Source of the DNA: Kaistella sp.
GTDB taxonomy: Bacteria; Bacteroidota; Bacteroidia; Flavobacteriales; Weeksellaceae
Reading direction: 5' to 3'
NCBI GenBank assembly: GCA_041913105.1
Contig: JAYSFV010000002.1
Span: 353,834-417,833 of the forward strand
DNA length: 64,000 nt
Position 1 is the stretch's first letter; each line of letters opens with the position of its first letter. Made by a program: the position numbers and the translations under genes. Shown here in pieces: positions 28,863 to 37,244 of the stretch. The notes beneath the pieces are model-generated. The model was given only the letters and a program-made list of their open reading frames with translations. It was not told the origin of the DNA and did not search any database.

Positions 28863-29516
28863 CTAAAACTGCAGATATTTCTGGAAAAAACCAAAGCGAT
28901 CTTTCAGCAGGTCTTCTTTCTGGTCGTCATAATATTTATGAACCACACTATAACCGTACCGCTCAAAAGTTTCGTCGATGGAACTCGCATTTTCTGCATT
29001 GAATTTTATCGTAATCTGGATATAGTCATCAGTAACCAAACTGATAAAACACCCATAAATTTTTCCGTTATTGGATTCTATAATCTTACAAATCTCCGTT
29101 AAAGAATAGTGTCTGCCGCTGGTTTGCACAATCATTACTGCGCCAATCTCCGAGAATAAGGCATATTTGGAAAATTCATTAAAAATATCGTCGCATGATA
29201 GATAACCTTGATAATGTTCTTCCTTATCAATGACGGGGATGACGTTTGCATTAAAGGTGTGGAACAATTTAATGGAATCTAATAAAGTGTTGTCATCTAA
29301 AATTGCAAACTTTTCGTAATGAATTTCCAGCGAGGAAAGTGGTCCTTCCGGGCTTTCTTCTAAAAAAGATTGGCTTAAAGCACCTTGGTAAATGCCTTTT
29401 TTCTTTATAAATATATGAGAGTAACCAAACTCCCGGGCCATCTCATTCGCTTCCTCGATAGAGTCATTTGCGTTGAAGGCCGGATAATCTTTAGAGATAT
29501 AATCTTTGATTAACAT
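28863..29516 (-). CDS. CBS-domain protein
   Basis: 217 aa. Its stop abuts the nadK start, which suggests an operon. Confidence 0.7.
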   Translation of the reverse strand: MLIKDYISKDYPAFNANDSIEEANEMAREFGYSHIFIKKKGIYQGALSQSFLEESPEGPLSSLEIHYEKFAILDDNTLLDSIKLFHTFNANVIPVIDKEEHYQGYLSCDDIFNEFSKYALFSEIGAVMIVQTSGRHYSLTEICKIIESNNGKIYGCFISLVTDDYIQITIKFNAENASSIDETFERYGYSVVHKYYDDQKEDLLKDRFGFFQKYLQF

Positions 29517-29609
29517 TAGGCTAAGTTAGGAAATTATTAAAAAAAGTTACAACGAGCGTGCCTTAAAAAGTTTTTAAAATTTTTCTTGCAAAATATAGGA
29601 GTAAAAGTA

Positions 29610-29617
29610 TATCTTTG
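29610..29617 (+). promoter_or_regulatory. orphan -7 box (candidate small-RNA promoter)
   Basis: TATCTTTG with a cTTG element 21 nt upstream. No plus-strand CDS follows. Confidence 0.3.
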
Positions 29618-29653
29618 TCGCCTTTCATTTTTACTTTTTATTAGATTTATTTC

Positions 29654-29690
29654 AAACTGCGATGCCTCAGGGCTTTGCAGTTTTTTATTT
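29654..29690 (+). terminator. intrinsic terminator hairpin with its U-tract on the plus strand
   Basis: AAACTGC-gat-GCC-tcag-GGC-ttt-GCAGTTT followed by TTTTTATTT. It also lies 10 nt downstream of the minus-strand EamA stop. Confidence 0.6.
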
Positions 29691-30568
29691 TATGCGGGCT
29701 TTTTAGCTCTCAGAAATATTAGTCCGGCAAGAATAATTGCAGCTCCTACAGTTTGTACTAAAGTTAGAGATTCACCATCTAAAATTCCCCAAATTATTGC
29801 AACTACTGGCATGAGTAAGGTTACTGTTGAAGCAAAAAGAGGGGTAGAAATTCCCAATAAGCGATAGTTAAGCATCATGGCCAATCCGGTCCCAAAAATG
29901 GAAAGAAGACTTACGTAACCTAAACCAATCCAAAGATCTGTGGTGTTATTAAAATTATCTGCGAACCCGGCAAGAACCAAGGAAATCGCTGAAGGAATAA
30001 GGAGTACAACAGAAAATACAAAAACAGAAAGGATTTTCGCCGGCACGTTGTTTAGTTTGGATTTTACAGTTGTGACACTAATCGCATAACAGATAGTGGC
30101 TAATAAAAGTAGCAGAATTGGGAAGAGTTTTAGTTCACCACTTCCTCCCCCGGAAAACGCGAGGATGCATGCGCCGGTAAAACTGATAAGCACTCCGATG
30201 ATTTGTCTTTTTGTAGTATCAAACTTCCAAAATAATGCTCCAACAATAATTACAAAAATAGGCATCATCGAGTTTACAATTCCCGCAATGCTGCTGCTGA
30301 CCTCAGTTTCCGCAATGGGGAAAAGAAACATTGGGATAAAATTTCCTGTTATTGCAGCGAGGATTAACCACTTGATATTTTTCTTAGGAAATTTTTTGAT
30401 GTTCTTTATGGCTAATGGCAGTAGTAAAATGCCTGCGATTAATACTCGTAAGGCACCAACTTCATATGGGTTAAAATGAAGTAGTGATTTCTTTATCAAT
30501 ATGAAGGACGAACCCCAAATGATGGATAAAAGTACCAGTAAAACCCATTTTTCTTTTTCAGGATTCAT
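29690..30568 (-). CDS. DMT-superfamily (EamA) transporter
   Basis: 292 aa, ten TM helices, duplicated EamA halves. Confidence 0.85.
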   Translation of the reverse strand: MNPEKEKWVLLVLLSIIWGSSFILIKKSLLHFNPYEVGALRVLIAGILLLPLAIKNIKKFPKKNIKWLILAAITGNFIPMFLFPIAETEVSSSIAGIVNSMMPIFVIIVGALFWKFDTTKRQIIGVLISFTGACILAFSGGGSGELKLFPILLLLLATICYAISVTTVKSKLNNVPAKILSVFVFSVVLLIPSAISLVLAGFADNFNNTTDLWIGLGYVSLLSIFGTGLAMMLNYRLLGISTPLFASTVTLLMPVVAIIWGILDGESLTLVQTVGAAIILAGLIFLRAKKPA

Positions 30569-31205
30569 TGTTTCGGTTTAAAATTTCTAAATATTGGTTC
30601 TTGCTGATCATTGTAGCGCCCAAGCTTTCTAAATGTTCGGAGTGAATTTGACAATCAATTAATTCAAGTTCAGGATTTGTTATGACAAAATTGATAAAAC
30701 ACACCTTTGAAGCGTTACTTACTTTTGAAAACATGCTTTCACCACAAAAAACATTACCGATCTGTATTCCGTAAAAACCTCCGACTAAACTTCCGCCTTT
30801 CCAAGCTTCGTAGCTTTTGGCAAAACCATATCGATGTAGCGCTGTGAAAGATTCAATTAACTCTCGAGAAATCCAGGTACCATCCTGATCTTTGCGGGGT
30901 GTTTGCATACACTCTTCCATTACCTCTTGAAAGCATTGGTTTTCCGTAAAATAAAACTCTTGTCTTTGTAAAACTTTCCGCATTGATTTGGAAATTTTTA
31001 AATCCTTCGGAAATAATACAAATCTTGGGTCAGGACACCACCACAATATTTCTTCTCCTTCATTAAACCATGGGAAAAGCCCGAGTTGATAAGCAAAATG
31101 TAATCTTTCCGGAGTAAGATCACCACCAACTGCCATTAAGCCCGTCTCCGATTCTAATAAAGAGGGATCGGGAAAGGAAATTTCGTTTTTATCGAGATAG
31201 ATCAT
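30558..31205 (-). CDS. aat: leucyl/phenylalanyl-tRNA--protein transferase
   Basis: ATG 31205 (MIYLDKNEISFPDP) is preferred to the track start 31247. L/F-transferase core WWCPDPR...GESMFS. Confidence 0.85.
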   Translation of the reverse strand: MIYLDKNEISFPDPSLLESETGLMAVGGDLTPERLHFAYQLGLFPWFNEGEEILWWCPDPRFVLFPKDLKISKSMRKVLQRQEFYFTENQCFQEVMEECMQTPRKDQDGTWISRELIESFTALHRYGFAKSYEAWKGGSLVGGFYGIQIGNVFCGESMFSKVSNASKVCFINFVITNPELELIDCQIHSEHLESLGATMISKNQYLEILNRNNES

Positions 31206-31264
31206 CGGGGAAAAATTAAAATCCCGCTCGGCTAAGCAGGATTTCAAATTATAATAAGAATTTC

Positions 31265-31651
31265 TTAGAATGGTAAATCATCGTCATCATCAGCGAAAAC
31301 ATCACTTTGATTTGATGACGAGTTGGATGGTGCGTTTTGAGATGGAGAAGCTACCGTAGGCTCATCAAAGCTACTACTTTCAAGTTTCTCAATTCTCCAG
31401 CCAACGATTGAGTTAAAATATTTTACTTCATTTTGGGGAGAAGTCCACTCGCGACCACGAATATTAATGCTAACTTTCACTTTTTCGCCTTCGCGGAAGT
31501 TATTTAACAAATCAGCTTTATCCTGAAGAAATTCAATGCTGATTGGCTGAGGGTACTGCTCTTCGGTAAGCAAAATCATTTCTCTTTTTTGAAAACCGCT
31601 TGCAAACGTCTGAATGTCAGTTATTTTTTTAATCGTTCCTTGTAATTCCAT
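31265..31651 (-). CDS. DUF3127-family protein with an SSB-like acidic C-terminal tip
   Basis: 128 aa. The N-domain matches the DUF3127 pattern (MELQGTIKKI...FQKREMIL). It ends ADDDDDLPF. Confidence 0.7.
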   Translation of the reverse strand: MELQGTIKKITDIQTFASGFQKREMILLTEEQYPQPISIEFLQDKADLLNNFREGEKVKVSINIRGREWTSPQNEVKYFNSIVGWRIEKLESSSFDEPTVASPSQNAPSNSSSNQSDVFADDDDDLPF

Positions 31652-31746
31652 AATCTAATATTAAAGAATGTAAAAGTAGTAAATATTAGAGGGAAAAAGA
31701 AAGCGGGGTTTGAAAAAAAATAAATAAATAATTTTTTGAAATTTTG

Positions 31747-31779
31747 TTTGGTTTAAAAAGGAAAAAGTCTTTATATTTG
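31747..31779 (+). promoter_or_regulatory. tRNA operon promoter (-33 TTTG / -7 TATATTTG)
   Basis: TTTG at 31747-31750, a 21-nt spacer, then TATATTTG at 31772-31779. The first tRNA starts at 31809. Confidence 0.55.
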
Positions 31780-31808
31780 CACTCATCAAAAAAGAGAAGA
31801 AGTTTATT

Positions 31809-31890
31809 GCGGATGTGGTGTAATTGGTAGCCACGCCAGACTTAGGATCTGGTGCCGTGAGGCGTGGGGGTTCGAGTCCCTTCATCCGCA
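31809..31890 (+). tRNA. tRNA-Leu (anticodon TAG)
   Basis: Perfect acceptor stem GCGGATG/CATCCGC, anticodon loop CTTAGGA, long variable arm, T-loop GGTTCGAGTCC. Confidence 0.9.
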
Positions 31891-31904
31891 CACGAAATAG
31901 AAAT

Positions 31905-31977
31905 GCGAAAATAGCTCAGCTGGTAGAGCACAACCTTGCCAAGGTTGGGGTCGCGGGTTCGAATCCCGTTTTTCGCT
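31905..31977 (+). tRNA. tRNA-Gly (anticodon GCC)
   Basis: Acceptor stem GCGAAAA/TTTTCGC, D-arm TAGCTCAGCTGGTAGAGCA, anticodon loop TTGCCAA, T-loop GGTTCGAATCC. Confidence 0.92.
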
Positions 31978-31986
31978 CTCCATTTT

Positions 31987-32070
31987 GCCCTGGTGGTGGA
32001 ACTGGTAGACACGCAGGACTTAAAATCCTGTGTCCGCAAGGACGTACGGGTTCAAGTCCCGTCTGGGGTA
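31987..32070 (+). tRNA. tRNA-Leu (anticodon TAA)
   Basis: Anticodon loop CTTAAAA, variable arm GTCC-GCAA-GGAC, T-loop GGTTCAAGTCC. The acceptor stem GCCCTGG/CTGGGGT needs three G-U pairs. Confidence 0.8.
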
Positions 32071-32073
32071 CAT

Positions 32074-32114
32074 AAAACGCTGATAGTCTTAGATTATCAG
32101 CGTTTTTGTTTTTT
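32074..32114 (+). terminator. rho-independent terminator of the tRNA operon (possibly bidirectional)
   Basis: AAAACGCTGATA-gtcttagat-TATCAGCGTTTT followed by TGTTTTTT. Confidence 0.8.
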
Positions 32115-32152
32115 AACAGTAGGATGAAATATCTGTCTTCAGCAATTTTCTC

Positions 32153-32542
32153 TTATTTTCCGAAAATTCGGGTCGCTTTTTTATCCTTGTCAATAGCTAC
32201 TAATGTAAAATCTCCGGACACCGCCTTCTCTCTAATATCTTCGTACATGTCTTCTACAAAGACATCAATAGTGACTTTCAGACTTGTATTGCCCACGTAT
32301 TTAACCTTACCGATAAGTTCTACAAGGGTATCTGCCGGAATAGGCTTTTTAAAATCAATACGGTCGCAGCTAACAGTAACAAATGACTTCCGGGCGAAGC
32401 GAGTGGCTGTCATAAAAGCTACTTCGTCCATCATCTCCATCACTTTCCCGCCAAACATGGTGTTATGGTGGTTGGTGGTATTCGGAAAAACCACTTTAAA
32501 GACATGCGTTTCTGAGGATTTAATTTTTTCTTCGTAATCCAT
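32153..32542 (-). CDS. hotdog-fold acyl-CoA thioesterase
   Basis: 129 aa with the YciA/BFIT-like motif NTTNHHNTMFGG. Confidence 0.8.
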   Translation of the reverse strand: MDYEEKIKSSETHVFKVVFPNTTNHHNTMFGGKVMEMMDEVAFMTATRFARKSFVTVSCDRIDFKKPIPADTLVELIGKVKYVGNTSLKVTIDVFVEDMYEDIREKAVSGDFTLVAIDKDKKATRIFGK

Positions 32543-32696
32543 CTTAAATTTTTAATCATTAAACATTGAGATGAATAAAAATCTTTGACAGATTTTACTT
32601 CAAATCGCGAAAGTTTTGGGGGATCCGACTTCCTACAATGTAGATTACGGTTGCGCGACAGTTCGTGAGTTTCACACGATTCACCCGAAAGGACTG

Positions 32697-32704
32697 CAAA
32701 TATA
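32697..32704 (-). promoter_or_regulatory. candidate -7 box at the distal edge of a structured leader
   Basis: Minus strand reads TATATTTG, about 150 nt upstream of the thioesterase ATG. Confidence 0.3.
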
Positions 32705-32816
32705 GAATTTTATAGGTCAGTTCTTCCTAGGATTTTTTGTATTTCTAGTACAGAATATATTAAAGCATTAAGATGAGATTGCACAGTATTTGCTTTTTCG
32801 TACTAAAAATAACATT

Positions 32817-33161
32817 ATGCAACCGAAACCTATGCTCACACTAAGCCAAGTTATGGCTAAACTTGCCGCAAAAAACGTCACCCAAGAATTCAGGATGAAT
32901 GAAAATGGCGAAATGAAATTTACGGACAAAGGAGATGCTTACCAACCATCTGATCTCAAAATTTTAAGAAGTTATCGTTTTGAAGCAGACAGCAGCCCTG
33001 AAGATAATGCAGTGCTTTATGTAGCACACGCAAAGGACGGAAATACAGGGATGATTATTGATGCTTACGGTGCAGAAAGTAATTATGGACCGGAGTTCGA
33101 CGATTTTATCCGTGACATTCCGGTAGAAGAAGATGAACAATATAATTTCGATAACGAATAA
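32817..33161 (+). CDS. acidic conserved hypothetical protein
   Basis: ATG 32817 (MQPKPMLTLSQVMAKL...). No motif recognised. Confidence 0.5.
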   Translation: MQPKPMLTLSQVMAKLAAKNVTQEFRMNENGEMKFTDKGDAYQPSDLKILRSYRFEADSSPEDNAVLYVAHAKDGNTGMIIDAYGAESNYGPEFDDFIRDIPVEEDEQYNFDNE

Positions 33162-33179
33162 ATAAAAATCCGAATAATT

Positions 33180-35789
33180 TTATTCGGATTTTTTCTTGAA
33201 CAAATTGCGAAGGCCTTTCTTTTCTTGAGAGCCTTCTTTTTCTGGATTTTTCTTCGTTACTTTTTCAACGGTTTCTTTCGTGTTTTGTACTGTGTTCTTC
33301 ACGGCTTTCTCTGTGTTTTCAACATTTTCTCCGATTAAAGTTTTCTTCAATCCTTCTTCGACGCCTTTCCAGAATAGATTAAAGAAAGATTTGGTCTTAT
33401 CACGCGGGATATTATCTACAATAACGGATTCAGGATAAGTTTTTGAATCGGTTTTTACAAATAGGTTGGCGACTGCTGAAAGCAACTTGTTTTTATTTCC
33501 GTCTTTTTTTAATACAGAAACTTTCAAATCCTGATGCTTCATGTTCAGAGTTCCATTAAGTCCGTTTCTATTACCCTTGAAGTTAAATAGAAGGTTTGAG
33601 ATAGTGCCAGTGGCTCTGATTTTTAGATAAGGTTCAATAAAGGGATTTATCCGGCTGGCTGGAAGATCGGAAACATTCCCTGCGATCGTAAAATCATCAT
33701 TGGGTTTTGAGGTGTCGAAACTCCAGTTGACTTTCATTGGCGATGCACTCATAAAACGAGTATTAATATTGATGGGGATATTGGTCGGTTTTCCGGGAGT
33801 TTTACCTGAATTTAAATTTTGAGCATGAAGAGTAAACTGATCGAAAATAAGTTTTCCGGGGCCGGCGCTTTTTTCAGTGTCTTCTTCATACTCCAAATAA
33901 GAGTTGTTTAATTTTAAGTTCTTGATAAATAAGGGGAAGTCAATAGTCTTTAAAAGACTGGAATAGAGCAGCTTTTCCTTCGGGTCATCAGTAGGAATTT
34001 TACTTCTGAAAATATTCGCTCTAACTTGATCTAGAGTTAGATTAGATGCTTCAAGCGATTTTTTATCACTAAAAAGATTCCATTGTCCTGACATATTAAT
34101 TTTAGCTACGCTTACATCATATAGATCTCTTTCTGTGGGAATCAACCGAATAAATTGGGTGCGCGTAACGGTAGGTTTTACTTTTCCATTGGTAATTTGT
34201 AAGCGATTGTTCGTGAAGCTGATTGCTGAGGAACTCATCAGGTAGAATTTCGTTCTATAGCTAAGTGCATCTGCCTTCACCGTATAATTTTCGATTTTAA
34301 AGGGGAAGTTGTTTTTGGCTGTGCTTTCATTCATTTCCAAATTATTCATCTTCACAGCAAGATTTTTCAACGTTAAAGGAGAATTATCTTTGTTGTAGGT
34401 GAGGTTACTATTTTTAATTTCAAAGCTTTTGATAAGTAGAGGAAAATGGATTCCGGATAAATCACTGTTTTTATTAGCTTTCGACTTTTTTTGAGATAAA
34501 ATGCTGCCATTTAAATTGTTGACTGATGCTTTTTCAATATTTAATTTAAGTTTTTTATCAACGATTTCTAACGTATTGATTTGGGCATTAAATTGACTTA
34601 AGGTGAGATCTAAACTATTACCCTGAGCAGATTTAGGTTTTGCCTGAATATTCTTAATGTCTAAGGTTTTCGGATTGAATTCAAGCTGCCCAATTTTGAA
34701 ATTCTGATTTAAATTACTGAATTTAATGTCTGTGCCACTTACCCTAAAATCACTGTATTCGAAGGGTAATGAAGATTTCATTGTTTTTGCATCCATCATG
34801 AATTTTTTAACATTCATGGTCAAACCCTCGGTGGATAACGTCGCTACACCTTGGGGATTATAGATGTCGAACTTTGTATTTTTAAAAAACACATTCTCCA
34901 TATTAACGATAAACGGAAATTCTTTTGAAGATGCTTTTTTGCTCGAAGCCGAGTTTTTAATGGCAATTTGGGGATTAATGACTTCCGCATTGGCTAAGGT
35001 TATGATGTTGTCGTCAAGTAAAATATCTTTAAAGTTGAGTTCAGGTATCGTAAGATCTAAAAGGATTTTTTTATCGGGATAAAAACGCATGAAATTTTTC
35101 TGGGACAAAAGCGGTTTTAATCGAAAGTTCTTAATGCTCATTTTGCCATCTTCAGTCGTGATCTGCTGAGAAAAAATTGCATAAATGTTGTCGGGTCTGA
35201 AGTAAAAGTTCTTTCCATTGATATCATATCCGTCAAAAACGATTGGTAATTTGTCCTTAACACTTTCTTCAGTCATCTGAATATTCTCTACAAAAAGATT
35301 AAGTTCGGTTACTGCTAAGAACTTCTGTTTGGTGTGCTTGAAAATGGTAATGTTTCCGTTGCTGATTTTAATATTATCGAAGAGAACAGGATTTCTCTTT
35401 TTACCCGTTTTGTTACTAATGGGTTTTGCCAAGGTTATTATCAAATTAGGTTTTGCCAAGAATATATCACTAGAACTGATTCTCTTATTAAAAACTGCTT
35501 GATAAATTCCCAATCTACTTATGGAAAGGGTGTCGATTGAACCTTTCAATCCAATAACATCAATGTTGTCCGGATTTTTATTTTCAACTTTTATTTGAGT
35601 GGCAACGATATTACCTGTAAAAAGATCAACATTAAGTTGGTCATATGTTAAGTTGTAGGCAGTGTTTTTTTTGAGGACTTTTGGTAATTTGCTTCGTAGA
35701 TAATAGTTTACCCCAAAGTTAACAGTAAGCATCACTAAAACTAGAATTCCCAAAAAAAATGAAATCGATCTAACGTATTTTTTTTTCAT
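33180..35789 (-). CDS. large AsmA/TamB-like envelope protein (N-terminal anchor)
   Basis: 869 aa. One N-terminal TM helix is followed by a long beta-rich repetitive body and a Lys-rich tail. Family call is tentative. Confidence 0.5.
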   Translation of the reverse strand: MKKKYVRSISFFLGILVLVMLTVNFGVNYYLRSKLPKVLKKNTAYNLTYDQLNVDLFTGNIVATQIKVENKNPDNIDVIGLKGSIDTLSISRLGIYQAVFNKRISSSDIFLAKPNLIITLAKPISNKTGKKRNPVLFDNIKISNGNITIFKHTKQKFLAVTELNLFVENIQMTEESVKDKLPIVFDGYDINGKNFYFRPDNIYAIFSQQITTEDGKMSIKNFRLKPLLSQKNFMRFYPDKKILLDLTIPELNFKDILLDDNIITLANAEVINPQIAIKNSASSKKASSKEFPFIVNMENVFFKNTKFDIYNPQGVATLSTEGLTMNVKKFMMDAKTMKSSLPFEYSDFRVSGTDIKFSNLNQNFKIGQLEFNPKTLDIKNIQAKPKSAQGNSLDLTLSQFNAQINTLEIVDKKLKLNIEKASVNNLNGSILSQKKSKANKNSDLSGIHFPLLIKSFEIKNSNLTYNKDNSPLTLKNLAVKMNNLEMNESTAKNNFPFKIENYTVKADALSYRTKFYLMSSSAISFTNNRLQITNGKVKPTVTRTQFIRLIPTERDLYDVSVAKINMSGQWNLFSDKKSLEASNLTLDQVRANIFRSKIPTDDPKEKLLYSSLLKTIDFPLFIKNLKLNNSYLEYEEDTEKSAGPGKLIFDQFTLHAQNLNSGKTPGKPTNIPININTRFMSASPMKVNWSFDTSKPNDDFTIAGNVSDLPASRINPFIEPYLKIRATGTISNLLFNFKGNRNGLNGTLNMKHQDLKVSVLKKDGNKNKLLSAVANLFVKTDSKTYPESVIVDNIPRDKTKSFFNLFWKGVEEGLKKTLIGENVENTEKAVKNTVQNTKETVEKVTKKNPEKEGSQEKKGLRNLFKKKSE

Positions 35790-35836
35790 TTCTCAGGAGA
35801 TTAAAATTTGATGCCAATTCCCGTTAAATACAGAAC

Positions 35837-36652
35837 TTAACTTTCAAGAGGTTTGTTACGCTGAATATCAAGTTCAATTACATAACCTTCGTGGCCACGA
35901 ATGTTGATGAATTTTCCGCCTTCAAAGGCGAGATATTGTCCCTTGATTCCGATTAAAGTACCTTCAAATTCAGGAGTTTTATCCAAGGTAAAAGAGGTGA
36001 TTTTTTCAGGCGCCTCGTAAGGGTAATCTAACCTCATCATTTCATGCTCCATCGTGTAGAAATTCTGGAAATTTTCCGGAAAGTGTTCCTTAATTCTTTC
36101 ACGGAAATCAGCCAGATCTAGATCATCTTCGAAATCATCTTCAAGCATTTTCTTCCAATTGGTCTTATCAGCGATATGCTCTTTTAAGGCGACTTCGATC
36201 ATGCCTGCCTCGTAACGATTGGTTGTTTTTGCAATGGGCAAAGCAAAGGTTGCACCTTGGTCAATCCATCGGGTTGGGATTTGTGTTTCACGTGTAACAC
36301 CTACCTTAACTTCCCCAGTATAAGCGAGATAAACAATATGTGGAACTAATTGAATGCTTTGCTCAACTTCTAAATCTCGTTCACCAATGCCCAGGTGTGC
36401 GGTAGATAATTCCGGTCTTATAATGGTGTCGCTGGCATAAGGACTTTCAAAGAAACATTTCTTACAAAAACCCATTCGGTAAATCTTTTGATCGCTTCCG
36501 CAATTTACACATTCGTAACCGATGTGGTTAATTTTGAGAGTTTTACCAATTAATTGATTAACGTTAATTAGATCATGTGACAGATTAAGAAAATACTGAA
36601 TTGGTGTTCCATTTTGTGTGGTCATCTTCAAAATCTGTCCGGTAAATTTCAT
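35837..36652 (-). CDS. DUF2797-family protein
   Basis: 271 aa with a zinc-ribbon-like CVNCGS...CKKC segment. Confidence 0.65.
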   Translation of the reverse strand: MKFTGQILKMTTQNGTPIQYFLNLSHDLINVNQLIGKTLKINHIGYECVNCGSDQKIYRMGFCKKCFFESPYASDTIIRPELSTAHLGIGERDLEVEQSIQLVPHIVYLAYTGEVKVGVTRETQIPTRWIDQGATFALPIAKTTNRYEAGMIEVALKEHIADKTNWKKMLEDDFEDDLDLADFRERIKEHFPENFQNFYTMEHEMMRLDYPYEAPEKITSFTLDKTPEFEGTLIGIKGQYLAFEGGKFINIRGHEGYVIELDIQRNKPLES

Positions 36653-36990
36653 GTCTTTTTTTTGTAAAATTAGTGATTTGCTTTCAACTCTTGTTCAAAT
36701 GGTTGATAACTAATACAGACATTCTGTCATGAATCGGATTGGTTTAAGAGTTCTACACCAAAATAATGGTAAAGCGCTTAAAATGAAATGGAATTTTTAA
36801 AAAGAACTTCTCGTTTATTAATATTTCGTAATTAAAAATACCATCAATAATCTGCCACAAAATCCTATTAATGGCATAAAAAAGCCTCTGGAATACTTTT
36901 TGAGAAATGGAGAGCTGAAAACATTCATAAAAACATACAAAGTTTGTTGAAAATCAGCGACAAAAACACGTAATATGTCGCCTATTTTTT

Positions 36991-36998
36991 TACTTTTG
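36991..36998 (+). promoter_or_regulatory. candidate -7 box
   Basis: TACTTTTG lies 16 nt before ATG 37015. Confidence 0.4.
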
Positions 36999-37014
36999 CA
37001 AAAAATTATTTAAT

Positions 37015-37236
37015 ATGTATTGGACATTAGAACTGGCTTCATATTTAAGCGACGCGCCATGGCCGATGACGAAAGCAGAACTTATTGATTATGCGATCCG
37101 TACCGGCGCACCTATGGAGGTGGTGGAAAATCTTCAGGCCATTGAAGACGAAGGAGAAATCTACGAATCTATTGAAGAGGTTTGGAGTGATTACCCTACT
37201 GATGATGACTTCCTCTGGAACGAAGACGAATACTAA
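37015..37236 (+). CDS. DUF2795-family protein
   Basis: 73 aa with the signature LASYLSDAPWPMTKAELIDYA. Confidence 0.75.
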   Translation: MYWTLELASYLSDAPWPMTKAELIDYAIRTGAPMEVVENLQAIEDEGEIYESIEEVWSDYPTDDDFLWNEDEY

Positions 37237-37244
37237 AACACTTA

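Noticed and set aside
29586-29867. 93-aa plus-strand ORF starting in the CBS/EamA spacer
   Set aside because: It has a non-ATG start, a hydrophobic low-complexity product, and runs antisense into EamA. The promoter and terminator signals there are better explained by a short non-coding transcript or the eamA terminator.
30096-30479. 127-aa plus-strand ORF. Similar antisense ORFs occur at 8029..8319, 10344..10912, 32106..32537, 37332..37604, 48494..48859, 49573..49809 and 62248..62571.
   Set aside because: Each lies fully inside and antisense to a gene with strong family motifs (EamA, TolC, radical SAM, thioesterase, secA, mraZ/rsmH, ftsL, ftsZ). None has a recognisable domain, a promoter box or independent support.
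31661-32127. ORFs 31661..31891(-), 31824..32075(+), 31842..32039(-), 31936..32127(+)
   Set aside because: They run through three well-formed tRNA genes and their promoter and terminator. GC-rich tRNA sequence simply lacks stop codons.
32603-32700. Whether the GC-rich island is SRP (4.5S) RNA, the tmRNA 5' end, or a tRNA-like element
   Set aside because: It lacks the SRP domain IV signature (GGAAGCAGCC-type symmetric loop around a GNRA loop) and has no GGTTCGAATCC-type T-loop. The spacer is too short for tmRNA. It is kept only as an unclassified structured element.
36653-36990. Unusually long (~340 nt) AT-rich spacer upstream of DUF2795, checked for a missed ORF, promoter boxes or an sRNA
   Set aside because: Only 5-7 codon ORFs are present. 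There is no TAnnTTTG on either strand apart from the DUF2795 box. Only a weak GCGACA...TGTCGC hairpin with a 13-nt loop is found. Evidence is insufficient for any call.
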